A stretch of DNA of 64,000 nucleotides from Thermoplasmatota archaeon (lineage in GTDB: Archaea; Thermoplasmatota; Thermoplasmata; UBA10834). The notes beneath the pieces are model-generated. The model saw only the letters and a list, made by a program, of their open reading frames with translations, made no database searches and was not told the origin of the DNA. Each line of letters begins with the position of its first letter. The first letter of the stretch is position 1. The position numbers and the translations under genes are program-made. Below are positions 50,896-59,504 of the stretch, in pieces. Where the stretch lies: contig JAHIRF010000002.1 of assembly GCA_018818785.1 (NCBI GenBank), positions 67,122 through 131,121 of the forward strand, in the 5' to 3' direction.

Positions 50896-51072
50896 TTAGA
50901 CTCCGTATTTATCATCTGCTCAGGCTATCGTCGAACTTGTTACGAACGTCGTTCACAGAATACGAAAAAGGGAACATGTGACCACACATAACCATACGGA
51001 TTCGTAAAGCGTTGTCTAAAACGGTTCAGAGATGTCATGTTATTCACCAATGGTTATATAGCCGAATCCGTG
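50896..51072. promoter_or_regulatory. Divergent promoter region with repeated TACG/CGTA operator-like sites
   Basis: TACGGATTCGTA (50995-51006) and related sites abutting both TATA-like boxes. Confidence 0.5.
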
Positions 51073-51175
51073 TTTCGAAAAATTGCCATACCAGACTCGC
51101 AGAATGGCTGCTGACGACCAGTCGCACAAGATAATGCGCGCGGCCGGGCTTGGCGAGCAATGCGAGGGACTTAAC

Positions 51176-52342
51176 ATGAGGAAAGTAGCGATTGTCGGAG
51201 CGGGGCAAAGCAAGTACGGTGAATTTCCCGAGAAGGGGATAAAGGAACTCTTCTTCGAAGCGTACCAGGACATGGCTTCCAGTGTGGATAAGAATTACGA
51301 CCCCAAACTTGTCGAGAGTGCATACATCGGCAACCTGGGATCTGGCGGATTCCAGCTGGGAAACATGTCCGCGCTCGTAGCGGAATACGCCGGACTGCCA
51401 TACATACACACAGTCAGGATTGAGAACGCATGCGCATCAGGCGGCTACGCATTGGTGGCCGCAATTATGGACGTGTTGTCGGGCACCCACAAGATGGTCA
51501 TTGCTGGTGGCGTCGAGAAGATGACCGATGTTTCGGGTATGAAGCAGAAATATTGGCTGGGGGTGTCCGGAGATACTGAGTACGAGAGACTTGCCGGGAC
51601 GACCTTTGCTGGTCTTTACTCTCTGATAGCCCACAGACACATGCACGAGTTCGGGACCAAGAGGGAGCACCTGTCGATGGTGGCCGTGAAGAACCACAAG
51701 AACGGTGCCCAGAACCCGAAGGCCCAGTTCCAGAGGGAGATCTCACTGGAGCAGGCGATGAAGTCTCCAATAGTGGCATATCCACTGAACCTGTTCGATT
51801 GCTGCTCGACGACGGATGGTGCGTCTTCCGTCCTTGTCTGTGACGCTGAGATCGCGAAGCAGTTTACCGACACGCCGATATATGTAACAGGTTTCGGCAC
51901 ATCCAGCGATTACCTGGCAATACATGACAGGGCTAGGACGGTCACTCTGGAAGGCAGCAGACGGGCAGGGGAGCACGCATACAAGATGGCGGGCAGGACC
52001 CCGAAGGACATGAACCTGGCGGAGGTCCATGACTGTTTCACGATTGCAGAGCTCCTTGCAACCGAGGACCTAGGTTTCTGCGAGAAGGGCAAGGCGGGTC
52101 AATTCATTGAGGAAGGCCACACCCAGATAGGTGGCGATATGCCGATTAACCCGAGCGGAGGCCTCAAGTCAAAGGGGCACCCAATTGGCTCCACCGGAAC
52201 GGGACAGGCATACGAAATGTTCAACCAGCTACGTGGAAAAGTTGAGAAACCGGTCCGTCAGGTCAAGGATGCCGAGATAGGGCTTATACACAATGTCGGC
52301 GGGTCCGGCGGTACTGTGTCCGTCTCTATAATGGAAAGGTGA
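51176..52342 (+). CDS. Acetyl-CoA C-acyltransferase (archaeal-type thiolase)
   Basis: ENACASG catalytic Cys, EVHDCF, GHPIGSTG intact. Confidence 0.94.
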   Translation: MRKVAIVGAGQSKYGEFPEKGIKELFFEAYQDMASSVDKNYDPKLVESAYIGNLGSGGFQLGNMSALVAEYAGLPYIHTVRIENACASGGYALVAAIMDVLSGTHKMVIAGGVEKMTDVSGMKQKYWLGVSGDTEYERLAGTTFAGLYSLIAHRHMHEFGTKREHLSMVAVKNHKNGAQNPKAQFQREISLEQAMKSPIVAYPLNLFDCCSTTDGASSVLVCDAEIAKQFTDTPIYVTGFGTSSDYLAIHDRARTVTLEGSRRAGEHAYKMAGRTPKDMNLAEVHDCFTIAELLATEDLGFCEKGKAGQFIEEGHTQIGGDMPINPSGGLKSKGHPIGSTGTGQAYEMFNQLRGKVEKPVRQVKDAEIGLIHNVGGSGGTVSVSIMER

Positions 52343-52348
52343 ATCTAG

Positions 52349-53365
52349 ATGGCAATAGGAATATCTGGATACAGCGTATATGTCCCGAGGCTCAGGATCA
52401 AGAAGGAAGATTATGCCAAGGCATGGGGATCATTCCAGGCACCAGGCGTGAGTGAGAAGTCCGTGATGAGCTTCGATGAGGATGTGCTCACGGCAGCCGC
52501 GAAAGTCTCCAGAACGGCCCTTGCATCAGTCCCCATAGGGCAAGAGAAGGTAACGCGATTCGCCCTGGCATCCACCTCCGCGCCGTATCTCGAGAAGATG
52601 CTCTCGGGGATGGTAGTTGTGAACGTAGGGATGCCGAGTTCGACTTTCTGCAGTGATCATACCTCATCTACGAGGGCCGGCACTGAGGCCATGATATCCG
52701 CCTTCGAGCACTTGAAAGCCGTCCCGAGCGGGCTTGCGGTAGTCGCTGCTGCAGACGCGCCAAAGGCGAGCATGTGGGATTCCACCGAGCATGCACTGGG
52801 TGCCGGAGCAGCCGGTTTCGCGCTCTCATCGGATGACCTCATCGCAGAGTTCGAAGGCTCTGCATCTTTCGCCATGGAACACTTCGGAGAGCGCTTCAGA
52901 CCGTCGAACGAGGATATGATCATAGACTTGGGCGTGAAGAAATTTTCACAGAAGGCGTTTGTAAGTGCCACGACGAAGGCGTGCTCCTCGCTGATGAAGA
53001 AGATCGGGTCAAAACCTGAGGATTATGCCCACGTCGTCATTCAGCAACCAGATGCCAAGACCCCGGCATCTGTCGCAGGCAAGATGGCCTTCGATGCTAC
53101 GAAGCTCGAATCTGGTATGATATCCACAAGCCTTGGAGACCTCGGCGCTGCATCCACACCCGTTGGGCTAGTGTCAGCACTCGAGGCGGCGAAGGTAGGC
53201 GAGAGGATCATGGTCGTATCCTATGGCTCCGGTGCAGCCAGCGATGCCCTGAGCTTCAAGGTAGTGAGTGAGAAGAAAACGAAGCCGAGTTTGAAGGAAC
53301 AGCTCGAGAAGAAGGAGTACATCGACTACATCCAGTACCTCAAACTCAAGGGAGCGCTAAAGTGA
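52349..53365 (+). CDS. HMG-CoA synthase homolog lacking catalytic residues
   Basis: Full-length archaeal HMGS fold (DED, SYGSGA.SDA, KEYIDY..Y) but Glu, Cys and His positions are substituted. Confidence 0.88.
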   Translation: MAIGISGYSVYVPRLRIKKEDYAKAWGSFQAPGVSEKSVMSFDEDVLTAAAKVSRTALASVPIGQEKVTRFALASTSAPYLEKMLSGMVVVNVGMPSSTFCSDHTSSTRAGTEAMISAFEHLKAVPSGLAVVAAADAPKASMWDSTEHALGAGAAGFALSSDDLIAEFEGSASFAMEHFGERFRPSNEDMIIDLGVKKFSQKAFVSATTKACSSLMKKIGSKPEDYAHVVIQQPDAKTPASVAGKMAFDATKLESGMISTSLGDLGAASTPVGLVSALEAAKVGERIMVVSYGSGAASDALSFKVVSEKKTKPSLKEQLEKKEYIDYIQYLKLKGALK

Positions 53366-53376
53366 GGTGAACAGAT

Positions 53377-53802
53377 ATGGCACATGTTTCAGTCCCAATG
53401 TATTGGAGGACCATCCCCCAAAGGTACAAGATGATAGGCCAGAAGTGCAAGAAGTGTGGAGCGGTCAACTTTCCCCCGAAGGGTGTGTGCAAATACTGCA
53501 ACGCCTCTTCAGAGTTCGAGGAGATCCAGCTCAGTGGAAAGGGCAAGATACACACCTTCGTGCTGATAGGGGCCGGCGGTGCTCCACCAGAGTTCGCAGA
53601 ACAGATGAGGGCCGGCGGGTCCTATCCCGTCGCGATCGTCGAGCTCGCGGAAGGAGCCAAGGTCATCGGTCAGATGACCGATGTCAATCCGAAAGATGTC
53701 AAGTTTGACATGCCCGTCCGTGCTGAGTTGAAGAAGGTCTACGTCGAAGAGGGCGTAATCAGATATGGTTTCAAGTTCACACCTGATTTGGAGGGGAACT
53801 GA
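53377..53802 (+). CDS. DUF35 Zn-ribbon/OB-fold protein
   Basis: CKKCG..NFPP..VCKYC, GVIRYGFKF. Confidence 0.93.
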   Translation: MAHVSVPMYWRTIPQRYKMIGQKCKKCGAVNFPPKGVCKYCNASSEFEEIQLSGKGKIHTFVLIGAGGAPPEFAEQMRAGGSYPVAIVELAEGAKVIGQMTDVNPKDVKFDMPVRAELKKVYVEEGVIRYGFKFTPDLEGN

Positions 53803-53803
53803 T

Positions 53804-54721
53804 ATGGATTCCACGAAATTGATGACAATGAAGGATGCTGTGTCCAAGTTCGTCAAGGATGGAGATGCGGTGTACCTGGCCGGGTTCACTCACATGATCC
53901 CGTTCGCTGCAGGACATGAGATCATCAGGCAGAAGCGTAAGGACCTGACATTATGTAGGGCGACTCCTGATATCATCTATGACCAGATGATTGCAGCAGG
54001 CTGTGCCAAGAGAATGATGTTCAGCTATGCAGGAAACCCTGGCGTGGGCTCACTCAGATGCTTCCGAAGGGCCCTCGAGAAGGGTGTCCCGAAGCCCATC
54101 GAGATTGAGGAGTATACTCACTTCGGTCTTTCGGGGAGATTGTTTGCAGGAGCTACCAAGATGCCATTCCTCCCGATGAGGACAAATTTAGGCTCGGACC
54201 TTCCCCCAGAGAACCCTATGATGAAGACCATCAAGAATCCGTACACGGGCGAGGAAGTCTCGATCGTTCCGCCATTGAACCCGGATGTTGCCGTAGTGCA
54301 TGTGCAGAGGGCTGATGCGAAGGGCAACTGCCATATCTGGGGCATAACTGGCGAGCAGAAGGATGCGGCGTTCGCTGCCAAGAAAGTCATCATAAGCTGT
54401 GAGGAGATCGTGGACGAATCTGTTATCCGATCGGACCCGAACAGGACTCTGATACCAGATTTCGTCTCGCATGCCGTAGTATGCGAGCCCTGGTGTGCCC
54501 ATCCATCATATACGCAGGGATATTACGACAGGGACAACGAGTTCTACATGCAATGGGACGACATCACGAAGGAGCATGAGACGACTATGAAGTACCTGGA
54601 TGAATGGGTGTACGGAGTAGAGGACCGAGCTGCATACATGAAGAAGCTCTCGTCCGAGAAAGTGTTGAAGCTCCTTCCAAAGGCCGCTTACAGCGCGCCT
54701 GTGAACTATGGGAGTGTTTGA
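53804..54721 (+). CDS. CoA transferase subunit A (GctA/CatI-like)
   Basis: AGFTHMIPFAAGHEIIRQ, GNPGVGSL, HVQRAD, HPSYTQGYYDRD. Confidence 0.92.
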   Translation: MDSTKLMTMKDAVSKFVKDGDAVYLAGFTHMIPFAAGHEIIRQKRKDLTLCRATPDIIYDQMIAAGCAKRMMFSYAGNPGVGSLRCFRRALEKGVPKPIEIEEYTHFGLSGRLFAGATKMPFLPMRTNLGSDLPPENPMMKTIKNPYTGEEVSIVPPLNPDVAVVHVQRADAKGNCHIWGITGEQKDAAFAAKKVIISCEEIVDESVIRSDPNRTLIPDFVSHAVVCEPWCAHPSYTQGYYDRDNEFYMQWDDITKEHETTMKYLDEWVYGVEDRAAYMKKLSSEKVLKLLPKAAYSAPVNYGSV

Positions 54722-54734
54722 GGAGGTCATGAAG

Positions 54735-55496
54735 ATGACAGATGTTTCACCAAGCGAGCTGATGGTAATAGTCGCTGCGAGGGAACTCAAGGACGGAGAG
54801 TCTGTCTTGGTCGGTGTCGGAATACCGAACCTCGCTGCCAACCTCGCGAAGAAGCTGCAGGCACCGGGACTCAACATGGTATACGAATCCGGCGCAGTCG
54901 GATCCAACCCGAGCAGGATGCCCTTGTCGATAGGCGACCCATGCCTTGTGACTGGTGCGAAGAGCGTATGCTCTATGTACGAGCAGTTCGCATATTATCT
55001 CCAGGGCGGGAGAATCGATGTAGGTTTCCTAGGAGGGGCTCAGATCGACAAGTACGGCAACATCAACTCGACGATAATAGGCAATTACAAGACCCCGAAA
55101 GTGAGACTACCAGGAAGTGGCGGTGCTTGCGATATAGCCTCGAACGTGAAGAAGATCATAGTGATCACCCCCCATGAGAAGCGCAGATTCGTGGAGAAGG
55201 TCGATTTCAAGACGAGCCCCGGCTTCATGGATGGAAAAGAATCCTGGAAGAAGCTGGGACTTCAGGGCGGTGGCCCATATGCGGTCGTCACCAACCTAGG
55301 CACGATGAAGTTCGATGAGGTCACTGGAGAGATGACCCTCGTATCCTTGCATCCGGGTGCTACCGTTGAGGTGATCAAGGAGAACACCCCGTGGGATCTG
55401 AAGATCTCGCCGAAACTGGAGAACACGCCACCACCGACCGAGAGGGAGATCTCTACACTGAGAGCGCTCGATCCGGATAACATCTACCTTGGGTGA
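54735..55496 (+). CDS. CoA transferase subunit B (GctB/CatJ-like)
   Basis: VGVGIP, YESG catalytic Glu, GGAQIDKYGNIN, RLPGSGGA. Confidence 0.92.
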   Translation: MTDVSPSELMVIVAARELKDGESVLVGVGIPNLAANLAKKLQAPGLNMVYESGAVGSNPSRMPLSIGDPCLVTGAKSVCSMYEQFAYYLQGGRIDVGFLGGAQIDKYGNINSTIIGNYKTPKVRLPGSGGACDIASNVKKIIVITPHEKRRFVEKVDFKTSPGFMDGKESWKKLGLQGGGPYAVVTNLGTMKFDEVTGEMTLVSLHPGATVEVIKENTPWDLKISPKLENTPPPTEREISTLRALDPDNIYLG

Positions 55497-55502
55497 TCTC
55501 AG

Positions 55503-56870
55503 ATGCCTCCATATGACGCCGTGGCCGAATACAAGGCCAAGACGCAGAAGAGCGCAAAATGGTTCGAGTTCGCGAAGGAGTACCTGCCTGGCGGGGTGAC
55601 GGGGAACGTGAAGTTCTATGCGCCATACCCGATATACGCGAACAAGGCGAAAGGGTCACACATCTGGGACCTGGATGGGAACGAATACATCGACTACATG
55701 CTGTGTTTCGGCCCGATGATACTCGGGCATGGCCATCCGAAGGTGCATGAGGCCATCATAAAGCAGCTAGAAACTGATGGAACGGCGATATTCGGTGCTC
55801 CACACGAGATGGAGGCAAAGATGGCGCAGCGCCTCGAGAAGATCTTCCCATGCGCAGAATATGTTCGTTTCACAAACTCTGGACTCGAGGCGACCCTTCA
55901 CTCGCTTAGAATCGCCAGGGGATACAAGAAGAAGAACAGGATCGCTAAGTTCGAGGGGCACTATCATGGATGCTACGATGAGGCGCTCGTGAGCCTGACC
56001 CCGAGCGAAGAGGTCGCTGGACCAGAAGCCGCGCCTCAGGCTGTCGCATGCTCTATGGGAACATCGGAATACACACTACAGAGTACACAGGTGCTCCCGT
56101 TCAACGATATCCATGACACGATCCGACTATTGAAGGCCCACAAGAACGACCTAGCGGCCGTCATCATGGAACCGGTGCAGCGTGGTTTCATTGAAGGGGA
56201 GCCGGAGTTCCTTAAGGCGGTCCGTGAGACCACCACAGAGCTGGACATCGTACTCATATTCGACGAGGTCATGTCCGGTTTCAGGATGGATAAGCTCGGT
56301 GGGGCACAGACCATGGTCGGAATAACTCCGGACCTGATGTGCCTCGGGAAGATCATTGGTGGTGGATTCCCCTGCGGCGCATTCCTTGGAAGGGAGGATA
56401 TAATGGATGTCGTCAACCCTGTCACCCGCGGAAAGGAGAACAGGGTGTTCCATGGAGGTACCTTCAACGGGCACCCGACGATATTGGCAGCAGGCATGGC
56501 AACCATCGACGTGCTGGAGCAGCCTGAGACCTATCCGTACCTTATGAGGATCACGGACAGGTTCCAGGATGGATTGAACGACCTGTTCCAGAGACTTGGA
56601 TTCAATGCGAAAGGCATGGGTCCGGGGTCGACGTTCAATGTCCTGTTCGGCAAGGATGGTCAGAATCTGGACGATGTCCGCGATTACAGGCACACCCTCA
56701 AGGCGGATGAAACCGCACGGAAGAAGTTCGATTTCGGTTTGCTCGCGAGGGGTCTGCACTTCCATCCAGACAAGCCGTTCTACACATGCACTGAGCACAC
56801 TGATGAGGACATCGACAACACCCTGGTAGTTGCGGAGGAAGTCCTCAAGAAGATGAAGTCTGCGATGTGA
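55503..56870 (+). CDS. Class III aminotransferase, glutamate-1-semialdehyde aminomutase-like
   Basis: DLDGNEYIDY, NSGLEA, FEGHYHG, FDEVMSGFR, GKIIGGGFP. Confidence 0.9.
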   Translation: MPPYDAVAEYKAKTQKSAKWFEFAKEYLPGGVTGNVKFYAPYPIYANKAKGSHIWDLDGNEYIDYMLCFGPMILGHGHPKVHEAIIKQLETDGTAIFGAPHEMEAKMAQRLEKIFPCAEYVRFTNSGLEATLHSLRIARGYKKKNRIAKFEGHYHGCYDEALVSLTPSEEVAGPEAAPQAVACSMGTSEYTLQSTQVLPFNDIHDTIRLLKAHKNDLAAVIMEPVQRGFIEGEPEFLKAVRETTTELDIVLIFDEVMSGFRMDKLGGAQTMVGITPDLMCLGKIIGGGFPCGAFLGREDIMDVVNPVTRGKENRVFHGGTFNGHPTILAAGMATIDVLEQPETYPYLMRITDRFQDGLNDLFQRLGFNAKGMGPGSTFNVLFGKDGQNLDDVRDYRHTLKADETARKKFDFGLLARGLHFHPDKPFYTCTEHTDEDIDNTLVVAEEVLKKMKSAM

Positions 56871-56901
56871 GAATGGAACGCGGGTTCGAGGGTGGCGGCT
56901 G

Positions 56902-57762
56902 TCATACCTCGACCGTCAACTTTCCTTCAAACGCTTTCTCTGCGGGACCGGTCATGACCGCTCTCGCATTTTCATCGATTTCTATGACGAGCATTCCGCC
57001 TAGGGTCTTGACGTTGACCGGGCCTTGCTGTATCCTATCAAGCATCAACGAGGCTGCTGCACACGCAGTCGAACCAGTCCCACAGGCCATGCTCTCATTG
57101 TAGACTCCACGCTCATATGTCCTCACACTTATATCGTGAGCTCCTGTGATCTGGACATAGTTGATGTTCATCCCCTTCGGGAATCGTTTCCTGTCGCTAT
57201 TGACATGCGTTCCGATCTCCACCATCGGGACCGATCTGATGTCATCTGTGAAGATTATTATGTGCGGCTCGCCAGTATTAAGAAGCGATGCTTTGATAGT
57301 AGAATCGCCAATCGATAGGTCTATCGACATCATGGAGTCCTCCGGGTCGCCTTGGTCTGTGATATACTGGGCGAGATCCTTCCGTTGGGTCCTGACCAAT
57401 CCCATATCCACCCTGATCCCTTCAGGTGTGCGCTCGGCATGTTTGACGCCGTCTTTCGTCAAGACATCGACAGCAGTCATGTCGAGCTTCTCCATGAGAA
57501 ACGCCGCCACGCATCTGAGTCCATTCCCACACATATCTGCCTCGTTACCCGCGGGTTCGAACAGGCGCATCGATCCGTCCACTCCGGGAGCTTTCTCGAC
57601 GAAGAGCACTCCATCTGCGCCTACCCAGAAATGTCTGTCCCAAAGGAACTTCGCCATCTCGCTTCGGTGGGCATCAGGTATCCTGTCATCATCCATCTCA
57701 TCCTTGAGGATGAAATCGTTTCCACAGCCCTGATATTTCTCGAAACGGAACTCGTACCTCAT
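56902..57762 (-). CDS. dapF: Diaminopimelate epimerase family protein
   Basis: GCGNDF, GADG, EADMCGNG, GEPH, YERGV, ACGTG; both catalytic Cys present. Confidence 0.9.
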   Translation of the reverse strand: MRYEFRFEKYQGCGNDFILKDEMDDDRIPDAHRSEMAKFLWDRHFWVGADGVLFVEKAPGVDGSMRLFEPAGNEADMCGNGLRCVAAFLMEKLDMTAVDVLTKDGVKHAERTPEGIRVDMGLVRTQRKDLAQYITDQGDPEDSMMSIDLSIGDSTIKASLLNTGEPHIIIFTDDIRSVPMVEIGTHVNSDRKRFPKGMNINYVQITGAHDISVRTYERGVYNESMACGTGSTACAAASLMLDRIQQGPVNVKTLGGMLVIEIDENARAVMTGPAEKAFEGKLTVEV

Positions 57763-57887
57763 CATGTCGATTAACGTGGAGATATGATATAATCCTTGCC
57801 AGAGCGACGAACTGTTAAATAATCAGCTCAGAATGACATAGAATACTGAGATCCTATCTCCCTAGGACTGGTCTTTGGAGGCATCTT

Positions 57888-59498
57888 ATGCACGATATCC
57901 TTATTCGGAACGGCAAGGTCATAGACGGAACGGGCTCACCTGGCGTTATGATGGATCTTGTGATCGATGGAACCAAGATCGGGAGATTATACAAACCTGG
58001 AGATGGCAAGGGATCCATGGAAATAGATGCCGAAGGCCTCGTGGTCTGCCCGGGTTTCGTAGACATTCACACTCATTCTGATTTCAGCCTATTGGGATGC
58101 CCGCTCGCGGAGAGCAAGATACGTCAAGGAGTCACGACTGAACTCTTGGGCAATTGCGGGGGCTCAGCTGCCCCCATTATCGGAGCAGCGAGGAAGCAGG
58201 CTATGGATTATGCAAAGAAGCTCTGGGTCGATGTGACCTGGTCTAGCTTCGACGAATATCTTCTGCATCTATCTGATGTGAGGACCTCTGTCAATGTTGC
58301 ATCACTCGTTGGCGCGGACACGCTGAGGCTTGGCGTGATTGGGGCGAATGACACTCTGGCAACCGAGAATCAGCTACGGCAGATGAACGAGTTATTAGCG
58401 CAGGCCATGATCGAAGGCGCCTATGGCCTCTCATCGGGTCTGATATACGCTCCAGGATGCTTCGCATCAACAGACGAGCTGACATCCCTCGCATCGACTT
58501 CGGCCTCCTTGGGTGGGTTCTATGCGAGTCACATCCGAGGAGAAGGGAGGACCGTCGTGAAAGCGGTGGCCGAAGCAATCAAGATAGGTCGAGATGCAGA
58601 CAGTCGTGTCCAGATATCCCATCATAAGGCGACAGGGATCGACAACTGGGGGCTGGTGTCCAAGACAATAACCATGATCGAGGCTGCAAGGTCAGAGGGC
58701 GTCGATGTCGTCTTCGACGTATATCCATACACTGCGTCCTCTACCTGGCTCAATTCAATTCTCCCGCCGGGCATCCGAGACGGTGAGACGGATTCCATAT
58801 TGAAGAGACTTGGAGATGAGAAGACTAGGGAAGAGATCAAGCGCGCGTTTCAGAACAAGGACACAGACTGGGAGAACACGGTCGCAGAGGATGGTTGGGA
58901 CAGAATAGTACTGATCGGGCTGAAGAGCGAGAAGTATGGCATGTTCGAGAACAAGTCCATATCCGACGCAGCATCCGCGCTGAATGTCAGCCCGGACGAC
59001 CTCGCGCTCGATATACTCGCAGAGGACTATAAGGGGGCAATCGCGATATTCCACGAGATATCCGAGGATGACGTTAAGACGGTCATCAGCCACCCGCTAT
59101 CAGCCATAGGTTCGGATGGTGAGGCCGAGGCCCCATATGGGCCGACAGGAGACTCGGCGACCCATCCCCGATCCTACGGGACTTTCCCCAGGGTCATTAG
59201 GCGATATTCGATCGAGATGGGACTATTCCCCGTGGAGGAAGCCATTCGAAAGATGACCTCATGGCCAGCTGAACGAATTGGTCTAGATGACCGTGGAACA
59301 ATTGCCAAGGGGATGGCCGCTGATGTCGTGGTATTCGATCCGGACAAGATCAGGGACATGGCCACGTTCGAGGATTCTCACCGGTATCCTGAGGGTATTG
59401 TCCATGTATTGGTGAACGGACAGATCACCATCCAGGATGGAGAACATACGAAGGAGCGAGCGGGACAGGTATTTAGACATAAGCCGCGCGTATCCTGA
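57888..59498 (+). CDS. N-acyl-D-amino acid deacylase (amidohydrolase)
   Basis: PGFVDIHTHSD, QGVTT..GNCG, SHIR, ISHHK, DVYPY, GSDG, HPRSYGTFPR. Confidence 0.93.
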   Translation: MHDILIRNGKVIDGTGSPGVMMDLVIDGTKIGRLYKPGDGKGSMEIDAEGLVVCPGFVDIHTHSDFSLLGCPLAESKIRQGVTTELLGNCGGSAAPIIGAARKQAMDYAKKLWVDVTWSSFDEYLLHLSDVRTSVNVASLVGADTLRLGVIGANDTLATENQLRQMNELLAQAMIEGAYGLSSGLIYAPGCFASTDELTSLASTSASLGGFYASHIRGEGRTVVKAVAEAIKIGRDADSRVQISHHKATGIDNWGLVSKTITMIEAARSEGVDVVFDVYPYTASSTWLNSILPPGIRDGETDSILKRLGDEKTREEIKRAFQNKDTDWENTVAEDGWDRIVLIGLKSEKYGMFENKSISDAASALNVSPDDLALDILAEDYKGAIAIFHEISEDDVKTVISHPLSAIGSDGEAEAPYGPTGDSATHPRSYGTFPRVIRRYSIEMGLFPVEEAIRKMTSWPAERIGLDDRGTIAKGMAADVVVFDPDKIRDMATFEDSHRYPEGIVHVLVNGQITIQDGEHTKERAGQVFRHKPRVS

Positions 59499-59504
59499 AT
59501 CCAA

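Noticed and set aside
51176-53802. Ordinary mevalonate-pathway thiolase/HMGS/DUF35 operon
   Set aside because: The HMGS catalytic Glu, Cys and His are all substituted, and the operon continues into CoA transferase and aminotransferase genes.
55503-56870. hemL for tetrapyrrole synthesis
   Set aside because: No hem genes nearby, the N-terminal motif reads GGVTGNVK rather than GGVNSPVR, and it is coupled to CoA-dependent genes; no gene symbol assigned.
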